Sequence record: PQ471515.1
Reading direction: 5' to 3' (one strand)
Length of the DNA: 64,000 nt
The notes under the pieces are model-generated. The model searched no databases, was not told the origin of the DNA, and worked only from the letters and a program-made list of their open reading frames with translations. Below, piece by piece: positions 36,576 through 46,694 of this stretch; positions within the stretch are counted from its first letter, which is position 1, and every line of letters starts with the position of its first letter. A program made the translations under genes and the position numbers.

Positions 36576-37346
36576 ATGACCAGAGAAGCACGTAGCATTC
36601 AAATTCAGAAAAACTTCAACTCCATGATGGTTGCTCTTGAGTGTTTGCTCGACGATAACAGTACTGTAAAAAGTATGGTTGTCAGCGGTGCACCTGGTGT
36701 TGGTAAGACTTACACCCTGTCACAACGCCTCCAGAAAGCTCATGACGCAGCAGAATGGAACGTAGCCACTATCAGTGGTAAAATGACTACTCTTGCTCTG
36801 TACGAAGTTCTGTACAAGAATCGTCATAGCACCAACGTATTAGTACTGGATGATATGGACAGCATCTTTGATTCAGAAGACGGTATGAACCTGCTCAAAG
36901 CAGTACTGGACAGCGGTAAACGTACTGTGTCTTACATGACTAGCTCTAAGTACTTAACTACCAACGGTATCCCTAACAGCTTTGATTTTAACGGTCGTAT
37001 CGTATTCATTACTAACAAAGATTTAGCACTGAATGCTAAAGCTAAAACCAAAATGTCTGCTCACTATGCTGCTCTTATGTCTCGCTCTGTGTATGTTGAC
37101 TTACAGATCCAGACTAAAAGCGATATCATGATTCACATTGAAAACGTAATGAACAAGACCAATATCCTGTCAACTAAAGGTGTTAATAGTAATGGTAGCA
37201 AAGCAATCCTGAATTGGATGCTGAAACATGAAGATGCACTTCGTGCTCCTTCACTGCGTATGCCTCTGTTGATTTCAGCAGTATACAACAACAACCCGTA
37301 TGATTGGGAAGAGCAGTGCGAAAACTTGTTCCTTGAGAAAATTTAA
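36576..37346 (+). CDS. AAA-type P-loop ATPase
   Basis: Walker A VVSGAPGVGKT; Walker B VLVLDDMD; FITN sensor; SRS arginine finger. Confidence 0.85.
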   Translation: MTREARSIQIQKNFNSMMVALECLLDDNSTVKSMVVSGAPGVGKTYTLSQRLQKAHDAAEWNVATISGKMTTLALYEVLYKNRHSTNVLVLDDMDSIFDSEDGMNLLKAVLDSGKRTVSYMTSSKYLTTNGIPNSFDFNGRIVFITNKDLALNAKAKTKMSAHYAALMSRSVYVDLQIQTKSDIMIHIENVMNKTNILSTKGVNSNGSKAILNWMLKHEDALRAPSLRMPLLISAVYNNNPYDWEEQCENLFLEKI

Positions 37347-37355
37347 TTACATGTA

Positions 37356-37384
37356 TTGACAGTACTACCATAGTGTAGTACTAT
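37356..37384 (+). promoter_or_regulatory. sigma70-type promoter with two AGTACT sites
   Basis: TTGACA-17-TACTAT; AGTACT at 37361 and 37377. Confidence 0.6.
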
Positions 37385-37413
37385 AACTTAATATTCACCA
37401 CCGGAGATACGAT

Positions 37414-37752
37414 ATGCTTGAGTTTTTTAATTCAGATACAATGCTTAGTATTACTTTGATTTATCTGTTTGGTTTTTTCTTTTATCATGCACTAGTTGTA
37501 GTACTATGGTATTTTAAAAAGAAAATCGTTTTCAAACTGTATCCTGATGGAAACATTTCACTACTTCTTTTCACTATTATCCAAGGTATGTTTGCAATTG
37601 TTGGTCTTATCGCACACTTAATTTATTGTGCTAATCCACAGTTGAACTCAATATCACAATATATTGTATTCCTTGGATTACTAATTTGGGTGCTGATATA
37701 CTTGTTTAATCTCATCATTAATGGTAGAGCAAAAATTCGTGGGGACTTCTAA
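37414..37752 (+). CDS. 3-TM membrane protein family member
   Basis: TM1-WYFKK; first of 7 coupled paralogs. Confidence 0.65.
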   Translation: MLEFFNSDTMLSITLIYLFGFFFYHALVVVLWYFKKKIVFKLYPDGNISLLLFTIIQGMFAIVGLIAHLIYCANPQLNSISQYIVFLGLLIWVLIYLFNLIINGRAKIRGDF

Positions 37753-38099
37753 TGTTTGAATCTTATCTTGAGTTTTTAAAGAGTAGTTCTGTTGCACATT
37801 CAATTGCAGGGATTATTCTAACAGGTTATGTAACATTTTGGGTAGTTATGTTTCTAGGATGGTATTTTAAACGACAATTCTATAAGCGTAATGGTGAAGA
37901 TTTTATGAATTCTTTCGTTAATCAATCGTTGTTTGCATCAACATTGATAGCATGTATTGTAGCAACACTCACAGGAAAGGTACTGCCAGCATTCTCCGCA
38001 GTTTACGGTACATTGGGTATGATATGTGTAGTTTTTTACTTGATCATTAAACTTTGTTGTGTTATGATTGACCTTCGAAACAAGATACCGGAGGAATGA
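37752..38099 (+). CDS. 3-TM membrane protein family member
   Basis: TM1-WYFKR; C-terminal LRNKIPEE. Confidence 0.65.
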   Translation: MFESYLEFLKSSSVAHSIAGIILTGYVTFWVVMFLGWYFKRQFYKRNGEDFMNSFVNQSLFASTLIACIVATLTGKVLPAFSAVYGTLGMICVVFYLIIKLCCVMIDLRNKIPEE

Positions 38100-38434
38100 T
38101 GGAATATTTTTTACACTTACTGCCGTGGTATATGAAAGTTAGTACTATGTACTATATTCTTAGTGCTGGATTCTACTTTCTGATGTGGTTCTTCAAACGA
38201 CCAATTTCAGTATTCATCTCTGATAACATGCTGCAATTAAAATTACACGCATGGTTTTTTATGGCGATGTTTATGCCTATTATTCACTACTCAATGATTA
38301 GTAGAGGTTTACGTTCTAATGGTGAACCAATTATATTAGTATTCTATTGGGGTTCAACTATTGCATATGTAAGTTTGTTGTTGATCCCAGCCGTTCATAA
38401 ATTACGTGCTAAAGTTCCTGATGCGAGGTACTAA
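38096..38434 (+). CDS. 3-TM membrane protein family member
   Basis: TM1-WFFKR; C-terminal LRAKVPD. Confidence 0.65.
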   Translation: MMEYFLHLLPWYMKVSTMYYILSAGFYFLMWFFKRPISVFISDNMLQLKLHAWFFMAMFMPIIHYSMISRGLRSNGEPIILVFYWGSTIAYVSLLLIPAVHKLRAKVPDARY

Positions 38435-38748
38435 TGGATATCTTAACATTGATTTACACGTTGTATTCATTCTATTTTATTATGTGTTGGGTTGGATTTT
38501 TATTTGTACTGAAGATGTTTGATTATGTTGAAAAACAGATAAAAGAATTTTGTATTCCTTTTATTGGGTCAACCATTATTAGTATTACTTGTTTGTATTA
38601 TTTGGTATGTGATCCACCTGATGATACAGCTATGATTGATTTCATGTTATTGCCAACAACTGTTATTTTTTTATGTAGTCTGATGCCACCGATTAGCCGT
38701 GGACTAACTGAATTTAGACGCAATCAAAAGCGTAAACGAGGGATGTGA
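38434..38748 (+). CDS. 3-TM membrane protein family member
   Basis: Three hydrophobic segments, basic tail. Confidence 0.6.
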   Translation: MDILTLIYTLYSFYFIMCWVGFLFVLKMFDYVEKQIKEFCIPFIGSTIISITCLYYLVCDPPDDTAMIDFMLLPTTVIFLCSLMPPISRGLTEFRRNQKRKRGM

Positions 38749-39116
38749 TGGAAATTGCACTTATTATATTAACTGCTATGTTGTTTATTAGTACAATTGT
38801 TATTATTGGCAAGTTCTTCTGTGTATCCTTCTTGGAAACCGTATACGATGAAATTGCTGATGATTATGAATTACATGCGGGATTTTTTACTACGTATTGG
38901 ATTAGTTTATTACTACTTATCACTGTATGGATTTTACATATATTCAAATGGGGTATGGTAGATGGTGATCCAGTACTGGCAATTATCTGTGTAGTGTTTG
39001 GTCTACTCGGTGGTGCTGTCCATAATCTGATGGTAATTTGGCAAACCGTACAATATGTATTAGTTCCACATTTTCAGAGAATGCACCAAAGCATCAAATA
39101 CCGCAAACGAGGATAA
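38745..39116 (+). CDS. 3-TM membrane protein family member
   Basis: TM1-GKFFC; basic tail. Confidence 0.6.
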   Translation: MMEIALIILTAMLFISTIVIIGKFFCVSFLETVYDEIADDYELHAGFFTTYWISLLLLITVWILHIFKWGMVDGDPVLAIICVVFGLLGGAVHNLMVIWQTVQYVLVPHFQRMHQSIKYRKRG

Positions 39117-39117
39117 C

Positions 39118-39480
39118 ATGAATAATATTGAATTATCTTTTATTGGTCAATTAATGGTAATGGCGTATACATTTATCTTCTCACTGAATGCATTCGTGTG
39201 CATTGGGAAGTACTTCCATAAGCGACCATTATCAAATATATATGATGTAATACAAAGGAGATATAGTCCAGCATATACTGTGTTGAGTACAGCATTCAAT
39301 TTTGGTTTTATTCTAATGCTGGTTTCATTATTAACATCGAGTTCGAATTTTATAACATTTGGTATTATGGTATGTTCACTAACACTGTGTGTGGTTATTC
39401 TCTGTGCATCCGTTGAGTTGCTGGCATGGATGTATAATAAGATTTCCGAAATCCATGAGCGTTTAGGTAAGAGGAACTAA
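39118..39480 (+). CDS. 3-TM membrane protein family member
   Basis: TM1-GKYFHKR; basic tail. Confidence 0.6.
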   Translation: MNNIELSFIGQLMVMAYTFIFSLNAFVCIGKYFHKRPLSNIYDVIQRRYSPAYTVLSTAFNFGFILMLVSLLTSSSNFITFGIMVCSLTLCVVILCASVELLAWMYNKISEIHERLGKRN

Positions 39481-39481
39481 A

Positions 39482-39853
39482 ATGAGTTATCGTGAAATAT
39501 TTTCGATCATTACTATTATTGTGTTTAGTTTAGGTTCTTTGATTTGGTTATTGTATTACTTCTGTGTAACCCCAGTATATAATATGCTAAATTCAGTTCG
39601 CTCTGATGTTGGTATTGTTTCTTTTATTATCTTCATGGCATATTATATGCTAAGTATCACAGGTTTGGTTTCGGTTGTTATCTTTGACCTTGGACCGAAT
39701 CAAGATGGCATGGAGATGTGGGAATTGATAACGATGTTTGCATGTATGATACCTGCATTTGGTGTATGTGCTGGTGTATTTTATGGGTTGTGTAAAGGTG
39801 TGAACTACTTAAAAAATATCCACAATACTATTCGTAAAAAACGTATGTTATAA
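39482..39853 (+). CDS. 3-TM membrane protein family member
   Basis: TM1-YYFC; basic tail. Confidence 0.6.
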   Translation: MSYREIFSIITIIVFSLGSLIWLLYYFCVTPVYNMLNSVRSDVGIVSFIIFMAYYMLSITGLVSVVIFDLGPNQDGMEMWELITMFACMIPAFGVCAGVFYGLCKGVNYLKNIHNTIRKKRML

Positions 39854-39854
39854 T

Positions 39855-39883
39855 AAAAAATCCAGTACTATAATAGTACTGGA
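39855..39883. terminator. Bidirectional terminator
   Basis: A6-TCCAGTACTA-taa-TAGTACTGGA between convergent genes. Confidence 0.8.
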
Positions 39884-39889
39884 TTAATT

Positions 39890-41014
39890 TTAATTATCTA
39901 AGCCACCAATTACACTGAACTGTGTGGTAACGTCTGAACTATTATCTATGTAAGTTCTTCTACCAACATAATATAGTTGTCCTTTTGCTTGAATAAAAGT
40001 TACGGTCCCTGTATTAAATGATATAATATCATTGTATGTAATGTCAGGTGGTAGTGATGCTGATAACGCAGTAACTTTACTTAATGCAGCACTAGTACTA
40101 CCATTTATACCAGCAGCAATACTACCAGTACCATAGAACTTATTATCTTTACCAATGAATACGTTGGCTGATGCTTGTGTAGCTGATGTTATTGCCTTAC
40201 CAATTTGGAATGCGGTTCCTATGGTGTATGGTGTGCTCCTGGCAGCGTCTATGCTTTGTGTATATCCATCCCCTAGCTGACCATTAACTTTGTCACCACA
40301 TGAGTATAGAGTACCATTGAGGCTGTATATGATCCCACGGTTAGAGAAGCTAACAGCTTCTGCATTAGTCCATACTGGTGCGGTGTATGAGTTTACACGA
40401 CTAGCGGTCGTTCCTAGACCTAGTATACCATATGTGTTATCACCACATCCAAACCATTGTCCAGAACTGTTTTGATAGAACACTGAACGTTCTGTTGATT
40501 CCATGCGTACAGCATCCACAGCACCACTTTTAACGAACGAAGTTGATGAGGATGTAGTACCAGTACCCAATGCACCATAAGTGTTTGTACCAATCGCATA
40601 GATTGATCCTAGTGGTGTCATAACACGTATACAGTTATATCCCAATTGAACTTTACATTCAAATAGGTTGTCCCATATTTCAGGAACAGCAGAAAATAAA
40701 TTTGTAATTTCGAACCATGATGTTGTCGAACCAGTTAATCCTATACTGCTTTTGTTTCCTAAAATGAAAACAGTTTTGTCCTTCTTAATTATCCATGATG
40801 ATAGAAAGCCTATCTCACAGCTATGAACATTTGATTCGATTTGGGTAATATAATACTTAACGGTGTTATCACCCATAAATGCCGCAGCACCGGATGCAAA
40901 AAGGTTTCCAGTTTGTTTATTTAAAATGTAGTTATTGTTTCCATATACACTAACATCATAAGAACTTTCTTGTTTTTCGTTCCCATAATCAAATAACAAT
41001 ACGAAAGGTAACAT
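39890..41014 (-). CDS. MLPF-tag protein 17, RCC1/BLIP-II-like beta-propeller
   Basis: MLPFVLLFDYGN; YAIGTNTYGALGTG and FGCGDNTYGILGLG repeats. Confidence 0.75.
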   Translation of the reverse strand: MLPFVLLFDYGNEKQESSYDVSVYGNNNYILNKQTGNLFASGAAAFMGDNTVKYYITQIESNVHSCEIGFLSSWIIKKDKTVFILGNKSSIGLTGSTTSWFEITNLFSAVPEIWDNLFECKVQLGYNCIRVMTPLGSIYAIGTNTYGALGTGTTSSSTSFVKSGAVDAVRMESTERSVFYQNSSGQWFGCGDNTYGILGLGTTASRVNSYTAPVWTNAEAVSFSNRGIIYSLNGTLYSCGDKVNGQLGDGYTQSIDAARSTPYTIGTAFQIGKAITSATQASANVFIGKDNKFYGTGSIAAGINGSTSAALSKVTALSASLPPDITYNDIISFNTGTVTFIQAKGQLYYVGRRTYIDNSSDVTTQFSVIGGLDN

Positions 41015-41030
41015 GATAAAATCTCCTTGT

Positions 41031-41045
41031 GTTATACTTTATTTA
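41031..41045 (-). promoter_or_regulatory. Putative late promoter motif
   Basis: TAAATA-AAG-TATAAC. Confidence 0.6.
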
Positions 41046-41091
41046 ATCATTTTATAATGTACAATTTTACAGCGATTTAATTGAGGTACTC

Positions 41092-41742
41092 ATGAATAAA
41101 AGAAGTAAGTTCTATCAAGAATATTTCACTAAACAGAAACGATTCACAAAAAAATACTTTACATCATCCCACCGACCAGTTGCAAGTTACAAACGTCCTA
41201 ATACTAACTATCTTACTGGTGGCAAGTTTAGTGCAAAGTTCGAATTACTTATGCGTGAAAAGAATATCAAGATGCATTACGCAGAGACGAGAAAAAACTC
41301 ATCAATTATTTGCTCTGATTTTCTTGAGTACGGTTGCTTAACTTATAAATTCAATGATGTATATTTGTATATTGATGTTGATTGTAACAGTACTCTTATG
41401 TTTGAGATTTCAATTCACCCAAATCACAACCGTTATATAAACATTAACTTGATTGATAAAGTACTGATTGGTATATCTAGTACTGATGGTGGTGGATTTG
41501 AATTTATTGCTTCAAAATATGATGAAGATTTCGTACTTTACCCAGTACTTGATGATGTGAAAGATATTCTCAATTCATTAAAAGGAAGTCAATACAAATT
41601 ATCTGAAGAACAGCTATTTCAGTACTCACTTATTCATGATGATATCGAGATATACTTAGAGTGTGCGAGAATATTGGAGTATCTTTATAATGAACTAACA
41701 ACAACTGGTAAAGTGACTGCATTCACATTATATAATATGTAA
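41092..41742 (+). CDS. Hypothetical protein, EE-FQ family with basic N-terminus
   Basis: SEEQLFQYSLIHD motif; GAGG SD; only + strand gene in the array. Confidence 0.7.
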   Translation: MNKRSKFYQEYFTKQKRFTKKYFTSSHRPVASYKRPNTNYLTGGKFSAKFELLMREKNIKMHYAETRKNSSIICSDFLEYGCLTYKFNDVYLYIDVDCNSTLMFEISIHPNHNRYININLIDKVLIGISSTDGGGFEFIASKYDEDFVLYPVLDDVKDILNSLKGSQYKLSEEQLFQYSLIHDDIEIYLECARILEYLYNELTTTGKVTAFTLYNM

Positions 41743-41768
41743 AAGAAAAGCCAGTACATAGTACTGGC
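41741..41768 (-). terminator. Intrinsic terminator
   Basis: GCCAGTAC-tat-GTACTGGC-TTTTCTTTT on minus strand. Confidence 0.8.
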
Positions 41769-41774
41769 ATTATA

Positions 41775-42911
41775 TTAAACTGGTGGAGAATTATATGGCT
41801 CAAATTTATAAGTTGTCGTAGCAGTACCAGCAATGGCGTTGTTAGCTAGTATGTACATAGTCCTATAGTCGATTACCACCACAGTAATACTACCACCAAA
41901 AGCATAGTCTGTTATGTTATTAGTGTTGAATGGTAAATTAGATGAACTGGTCCATGTATTAGCTGTTGTGCTATTTGTACCATTGGAATAGCCGACACTA
42001 GATGCACCAGTTGTCCATAAGTTTCCATCATTGAACAACGATACATGGTTAGCTGTATATGATTTATTAGGTATAGAACTATCAATTGGTGTATTCCAAA
42101 CTTTAGTAACCCATGTTGTAACTGCTGTATTATTAGTAACGCCATTACCTAATGAACCATTTATTGGTATACCTCTTATATAAGAAGTGTTAGTACTAGG
42201 GTCAACATATCCAAATGTATATGTATCAAATGCAAATTGAAAACAATCAGAACTCGGTAATGTGTACAGTAATGTATATGAAGACGTGTTTATTGATGAA
42301 TTTGTACCGTTCACGCCTTGGTATAAAATACCACTAGCCAATATTTGATTATTATTTTTTGTTATAGTGTTCATTGATGGATATGTTTTCACATCACGCA
42401 CATCATTAGTCACATATGTTTGTGTTGATAATGCAACGTTACTACCATTACCTATAACCCCTGTATTTGCACCACTCCCATAAAGTGAACCATCATTCAA
42501 AAGAACCATTGTAACATTACCATTTCCCGTAATTGTTTTAATATTACTAACATCCACCGCAGCAAATACAGTTGATGTTAAATCAGTGAAACGTGTATAA
42601 TGTGATGTTGTGCCATTGATTGGTGTCGCAAAACCAGAATACAATATTCTATTTTCTTTGGTAATAAGGAATGTTCCAGTAACACCATTTGAATGGATAT
42701 CAACAATATTATCTCCCATTAATACCCAATCACTTACGAATGTTGTTGTACCAGTACCTAACCCATGTGTAGTGTTGTAACCACGTCCATACACTCTACC
42801 ATCACTGAGTAATGTTACCACACATTGACCACCACCACCAAGGATAACTTTTTGGATAGTACTCTTTACTTTTATATTCCCGTACTTAACCATTCTTGCA
42901 AAAGGTAACAT
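41775..42911 (-). CDS. MLPF-tag protein 16, RCC1-like
   Basis: MLPFARMVKYGN; LLSDGRVYGRGYNTTHGLGTG. Confidence 0.75.
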   Translation of the reverse strand: MLPFARMVKYGNIKVKSTIQKVILGGGGQCVVTLLSDGRVYGRGYNTTHGLGTGTTTFVSDWVLMGDNIVDIHSNGVTGTFLITKENRILYSGFATPINGTTSHYTRFTDLTSTVFAAVDVSNIKTITGNGNVTMVLLNDGSLYGSGANTGVIGNGSNVALSTQTYVTNDVRDVKTYPSMNTITKNNNQILASGILYQGVNGTNSSINTSSYTLLYTLPSSDCFQFAFDTYTFGYVDPSTNTSYIRGIPINGSLGNGVTNNTAVTTWVTKVWNTPIDSSIPNKSYTANHVSLFNDGNLWTTGASSVGYSNGTNSTTANTWTSSSNLPFNTNNITDYAFGGSITVVVIDYRTMYILANNAIAGTATTTYKFEPYNSPPV

Positions 42912-42926
42912 CCTTTTTCTCCTTTA

Positions 42927-44072
42927 TTAATTATTCATACCCTTAGTACTCAATAACACATATTCATATTGTGATGTTGAGTAACCTGGTAATAGATCTG
43001 TTGAGCTTGAATATATTCCTGTACCATATAATAACCCAGAATTAGATACAACATAACTATTGTCATTATTAATTGCATATCTTGGATTTGAATTGTCAGG
43101 TATAATTGTATTATTAACAATAAAACTACTGCTATTATTATTAATTCCGGCTCCAGATTTGCCTGTTGAACCTGTACAATACCATTTGTTTTCATAAAGG
43201 ACAACAGTTAGGTATGTATCGTTAAAAATGTAACTAGGTGCTGTCGAGAAATTTGGGAGTTTATATAAAGTTGTTCTACCTACTTCACCAATATTGTTAC
43301 TTTTAACTCCATTCCCAAGTTGACCATTAAACTGTGAACCTGCACAATATAAACCATCAGATTTAGAAATAAAGAAACAATTAATATTAGCAGTAAAATC
43401 AATTACATCAGAACTTATTAATTTTTTTGAACTCACTGTTTTAGTTCCTAATATCTGACCAACACTTCCATTTCCACACCCGTAAAAATCATTTGAAGTA
43501 TCCAAATACCAAAAAGTACCCGTTTGTTCTGGACTTAGGGAAATTTTTTTGGCATTCGTGTATACTGTGTTTAATTGGAATGCTCGTGCTCCAGTACTAC
43601 CATGTTGGCCTGAATAGTTAATACCTCCACTGTAAACTTCTCCAGATGACGCTAGTGCGAAAATATCATATCCATTTAGAGCAACATCAACGATTTGTTC
43701 TGGATTTAAACCAGCATTAATAAAAGTAGTTGTTCTGTCAGTGAATGTGGTAGTTGATGATGCTGTACTTCCAGTTAAGCCACGAATAGATCCACTTGAA
43801 AGAACTCGGTTGTCAAATGTTGTACAAATCGTAGTACCTGAATTACTCCATATATTTTTTATTCCAGTTGTACTTAAAACCCAATCACCAGTATATATAG
43901 TATTACTGGCTGAACCATTACCAAACGTACTACCTAAGTTTTGACCTCTTATGTATAAATCCCCACTATCAAGTAGCACCATACAATATAAACCTCGTGC
44001 AACAATCTTTTTAATACCTGGCAATGGCTGCACTTCATTTCCGTAATCAAACATTCTAACAAAAGGTAACAT
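42927..44072 (-). CDS. MLPF-tag protein 15, RCC1-like
   Basis: MLPFVRMFDYGN; LYCAGSQFNGQLGNG. Confidence 0.75.
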   Translation of the reverse strand: MLPFVRMFDYGNEVQPLPGIKKIVARGLYCMVLLDSGDLYIRGQNLGSTFGNGSASNTIYTGDWVLSTTGIKNIWSNSGTTICTTFDNRVLSSGSIRGLTGSTASSTTTFTDRTTTFINAGLNPEQIVDVALNGYDIFALASSGEVYSGGINYSGQHGSTGARAFQLNTVYTNAKKISLSPEQTGTFWYLDTSNDFYGCGNGSVGQILGTKTVSSKKLISSDVIDFTANINCFFISKSDGLYCAGSQFNGQLGNGVKSNNIGEVGRTTLYKLPNFSTAPSYIFNDTYLTVVLYENKWYCTGSTGKSGAGINNNSSSFIVNNTIIPDNSNPRYAINNDNSYVVSNSGLLYGTGIYSSSTDLLPGYSTSQYEYVLLSTKGMNN

Positions 44073-44084
44073 AATTATTCTCTC

Positions 44085-45203
44085 CTATATTACTATTTTT
44101 TCTTCAGTATATATTAATGCTTTATCTGAGGTAGTGTATCCAGGTAAAGGATACAATCTACCTGCAACATAACATATGTCATTTTCTATATAATATGATG
44201 AATATGTACTGTCAAAGAATATAGGCTCTATTGAAGTTGGTGCATTGATCATCTTAGTAAATGCTGGAACCGGACCAGGTGCAAAACTTGCATTTGTACT
44301 GGTAAACCCATAATTATCGGAAACTGCGGACACATAATAATCGGTTCCATTCTGGATTATTATTCTTGCTGCAACCGAACTACTATTATTAACGATTTTA
44401 GGAAATGCAAATGTGGCTGCATTATATGTGAATGGTAACGAACAAGAAACTAAAGTTGCAGTTGCACCAGACACTGATGTTCCATATTTATTGTTGACGT
44501 TTCCTCTGGCAAATACACCACTAGCGGTATTAAGCACTACAACAGCAACTGTTGCTGAATAACCCAAAACCCCTGTTGCAATTTGGGTAAACCCAGTGGA
44601 ACTAGGTATTTGACTAGCGTTTGGGTTTCCAGAACCATAAAGAACACCAGAATTAGTTAATGCCCATACGTTTGCATACATTAATTTGAATGACTTGACA
44701 TCACTGACTATCGTATTTTTAACAAAAGATGTACTACTACTTGGTGTGCTCATTCCAAATATATATTGCGTATTCGTACCAATGAACCACAATTCTCCTA
44801 AGTTTGTCAGTACCCCTATACAGTTACGTAACGCATTAACTTGAACATCAATTATTGTACCAGTTACTGCATTAAAAATCGAACTACAATTAACAAATAT
44901 ATTACTTGTTGGATAACCAAATGCAGTAGTTTCACCGCTGCACATATACTGACCGTCTTTGAGTTTTAAAAATGTCCACGTAGGTGAATAGTAAAAGTCA
45001 TCAACATTTTCATATATCAAAGTCCACTTATCAGCCGATGTAGTAACATCACCAAACTTACCATTTGTATTTGGTCCCGCAGCATATAATTTACCACTTG
45101 TTGTTAAGAATAAAATACCACTAGTTCCGTCCGTGACCATTTTACGTATTTTCGTAACTTCTCTTACATTTCCGTACTTAACCATTCTTGCAAAAGGTAA
45201 CAT
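44085..45203 (-). CDS. MLPF-tag protein 14, RCC1-like
   Basis: MLPFARMVKYGN; LTTSGKLYAAGPNTNGKFG. Confidence 0.75.
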   Translation of the reverse strand: MLPFARMVKYGNVREVTKIRKMVTDGTSGILFLTTSGKLYAAGPNTNGKFGDVTTSADKWTLIYENVDDFYYSPTWTFLKLKDGQYMCSGETTAFGYPTSNIFVNCSSIFNAVTGTIIDVQVNALRNCIGVLTNLGELWFIGTNTQYIFGMSTPSSSTSFVKNTIVSDVKSFKLMYANVWALTNSGVLYGSGNPNASQIPSSTGFTQIATGVLGYSATVAVVVLNTASGVFARGNVNNKYGTSVSGATATLVSCSLPFTYNAATFAFPKIVNNSSSVAARIIIQNGTDYYVSAVSDNYGFTSTNASFAPGPVPAFTKMINAPTSIEPIFFDSTYSSYYIENDICYVAGRLYPLPGYTTSDKALIYTEEKIVI

Positions 45204-45220
45204 AATTCCCTCCTTTATTC

Positions 45221-45267
45221 TTTATACTATATTTAATCAAAAAGAAAAGCCAGTACTCTGTACTGGC
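45221..45267 (-). promoter_or_regulatory. Terminator + late promoter cassette
   Basis: GCCAGTAC/GTACTGGC hairpin, T-tract, TAAATA-TAG-TATAAA. Confidence 0.75.
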
Positions 45268-45273
45268 ACTATA

Positions 45274-46623
45274 TTACAACAAATGTATTTCTGTGAGTGT
45301 TTGATATGTTACACCGTTGTACACACCTCTCCAATATACCTTACCTTCAGTACTAACCACTAATAATCCATATGTTGTAAACCCAAGAGTACCACCAACA
45401 TACATAGCATCTTTGATTTTAATACCAATGTCTTCATATGTAAATGAAGCGACTGCTCCCGCTTGCCATGAAGGACTAGCATAGTAATCACTATAAACAC
45501 CATGTGCTTTATATATTGATGTTGTTCCGGGTTCAAAAATTACAGTTCCACAGTAGTTCATTCGTATTTTGGTACTGGATGAAGTTGGTACATTTATACC
45601 TACATCATCTTTAATCCCTGTAGTTAGGACGTTAAAACCACCCGCTACACGGTTGACGTCATCCGCACCGATTAGAAACATACCAACGTTGTAGCCCATA
45701 TAATACACACTACTTGTACCATTCCAGAAAGAAAAACCACCACCATTACCACAGCGATATAGTTGTGAATTTGAGCAGTACATCATGCCTTCGTTTGTTG
45801 CATCAAAATCATCTGCTGTTCCGATTACAGCCACTGTAGTCCACGTTTTAATCACTTGGTTTGCACTAGCTGGTTTTTGTATACCATATCGTATATTATA
45901 TCCCTTACCTACGATTGTACCATCTTCTAATTTGGCATAAAGTACAGGTCTATTACCAACAAAATACACATTATTATGTGACATGTCTATTGTGCATCTT
46001 AATGAAACTGCTTTTTGTGTCAATTGATTATCTTTAGTAAAAGAAGTAAAGTAGTAATCTGATGTGGAGTTGTTTATTAAACCTTGAATCGACAAACCCA
46101 TATACCAGATTTCACCATTAGTGTTCAATGCTGCCAAAATACAACTATATTTTGAAGTGTATGCTGGGGTTAATGATGTTGCTGGACCTTTATCATATCC
46201 ACCACAGAATACCATTTCCACAACTTCACCTACGTTAGAAAAATAAGAAGATACATTTATAAAACCATTTGTTATAAAAGGTGCTGTAGTTATACTTGAA
46301 TGTGTGAATATTCCATTTGCATATACACCACAAAAATGATATGAACCATCATTATCTTTAACTATTATTCCATTTGATAGTAGCCAAAAATTGTTTACAT
46401 TTTTTCGTACTAATTCAATTCCTGTACCATTGGTTGGTGTTATACCAAAAGAAACATATTTTGTTTGACCAATACCATATAAATTTCCATTTGATGCTAA
46501 TATTGCACCAAACCAATTACCACCACCATTCCTATCATGACCCATACCAATGGAGTCGAATTTCTTCACAGTAGAGGCTTCAACTTTATTTCCGTACTTA
46601 ATCATTCTCGCAAAAGGTAACAT
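45274..46623 (-). CDS. MLPF-tag protein 13, divergent RCC1-like
   Basis: MLPFARMIKYGN at 46623 (track start lies in the promoter); ASNGNLYGIG, LNTNGEIWYMG. Confidence 0.7.
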   Translation of the reverse strand: MLPFARMIKYGNKVEASTVKKFDSIGMGHDRNGGGNWFGAILASNGNLYGIGQTKYVSFGITPTNGTGIELVRKNVNNFWLLSNGIIVKDNDGSYHFCGVYANGIFTHSSITTAPFITNGFINVSSYFSNVGEVVEMVFCGGYDKGPATSLTPAYTSKYSCILAALNTNGEIWYMGLSIQGLINNSTSDYYFTSFTKDNQLTQKAVSLRCTIDMSHNNVYFVGNRPVLYAKLEDGTIVGKGYNIRYGIQKPASANQVIKTWTTVAVIGTADDFDATNEGMMYCSNSQLYRCGNGGGFSFWNGTSSVYYMGYNVGMFLIGADDVNRVAGGFNVLTTGIKDDVGINVPTSSSTKIRMNYCGTVIFEPGTTSIYKAHGVYSDYYASPSWQAGAVASFTYEDIGIKIKDAMYVGGTLGFTTYGLLVVSTEGKVYWRGVYNGVTYQTLTEIHLL

Positions 46624-46639
46624 ATTTCCTCCTTTATTC

Positions 46640-46686
46640 ATTATACTATATTTAATCAAAAAGAAAAACCAGCACTCAAGTACTGT
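46640..46686 (-). promoter_or_regulatory. Terminator + late promoter cassette
   Basis: Imperfect hairpin, T-tract, TAAATA-TAG-TATAAT. Confidence 0.7.
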
Positions 46687-46694
46687 CCTATATT

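Noticed and set aside
28120-39853. Calling the 3-TM proteins holins
   Set aside because: No adjacent endolysin or spanin, early-type promoters, and ten divergent copies; insufficient support.
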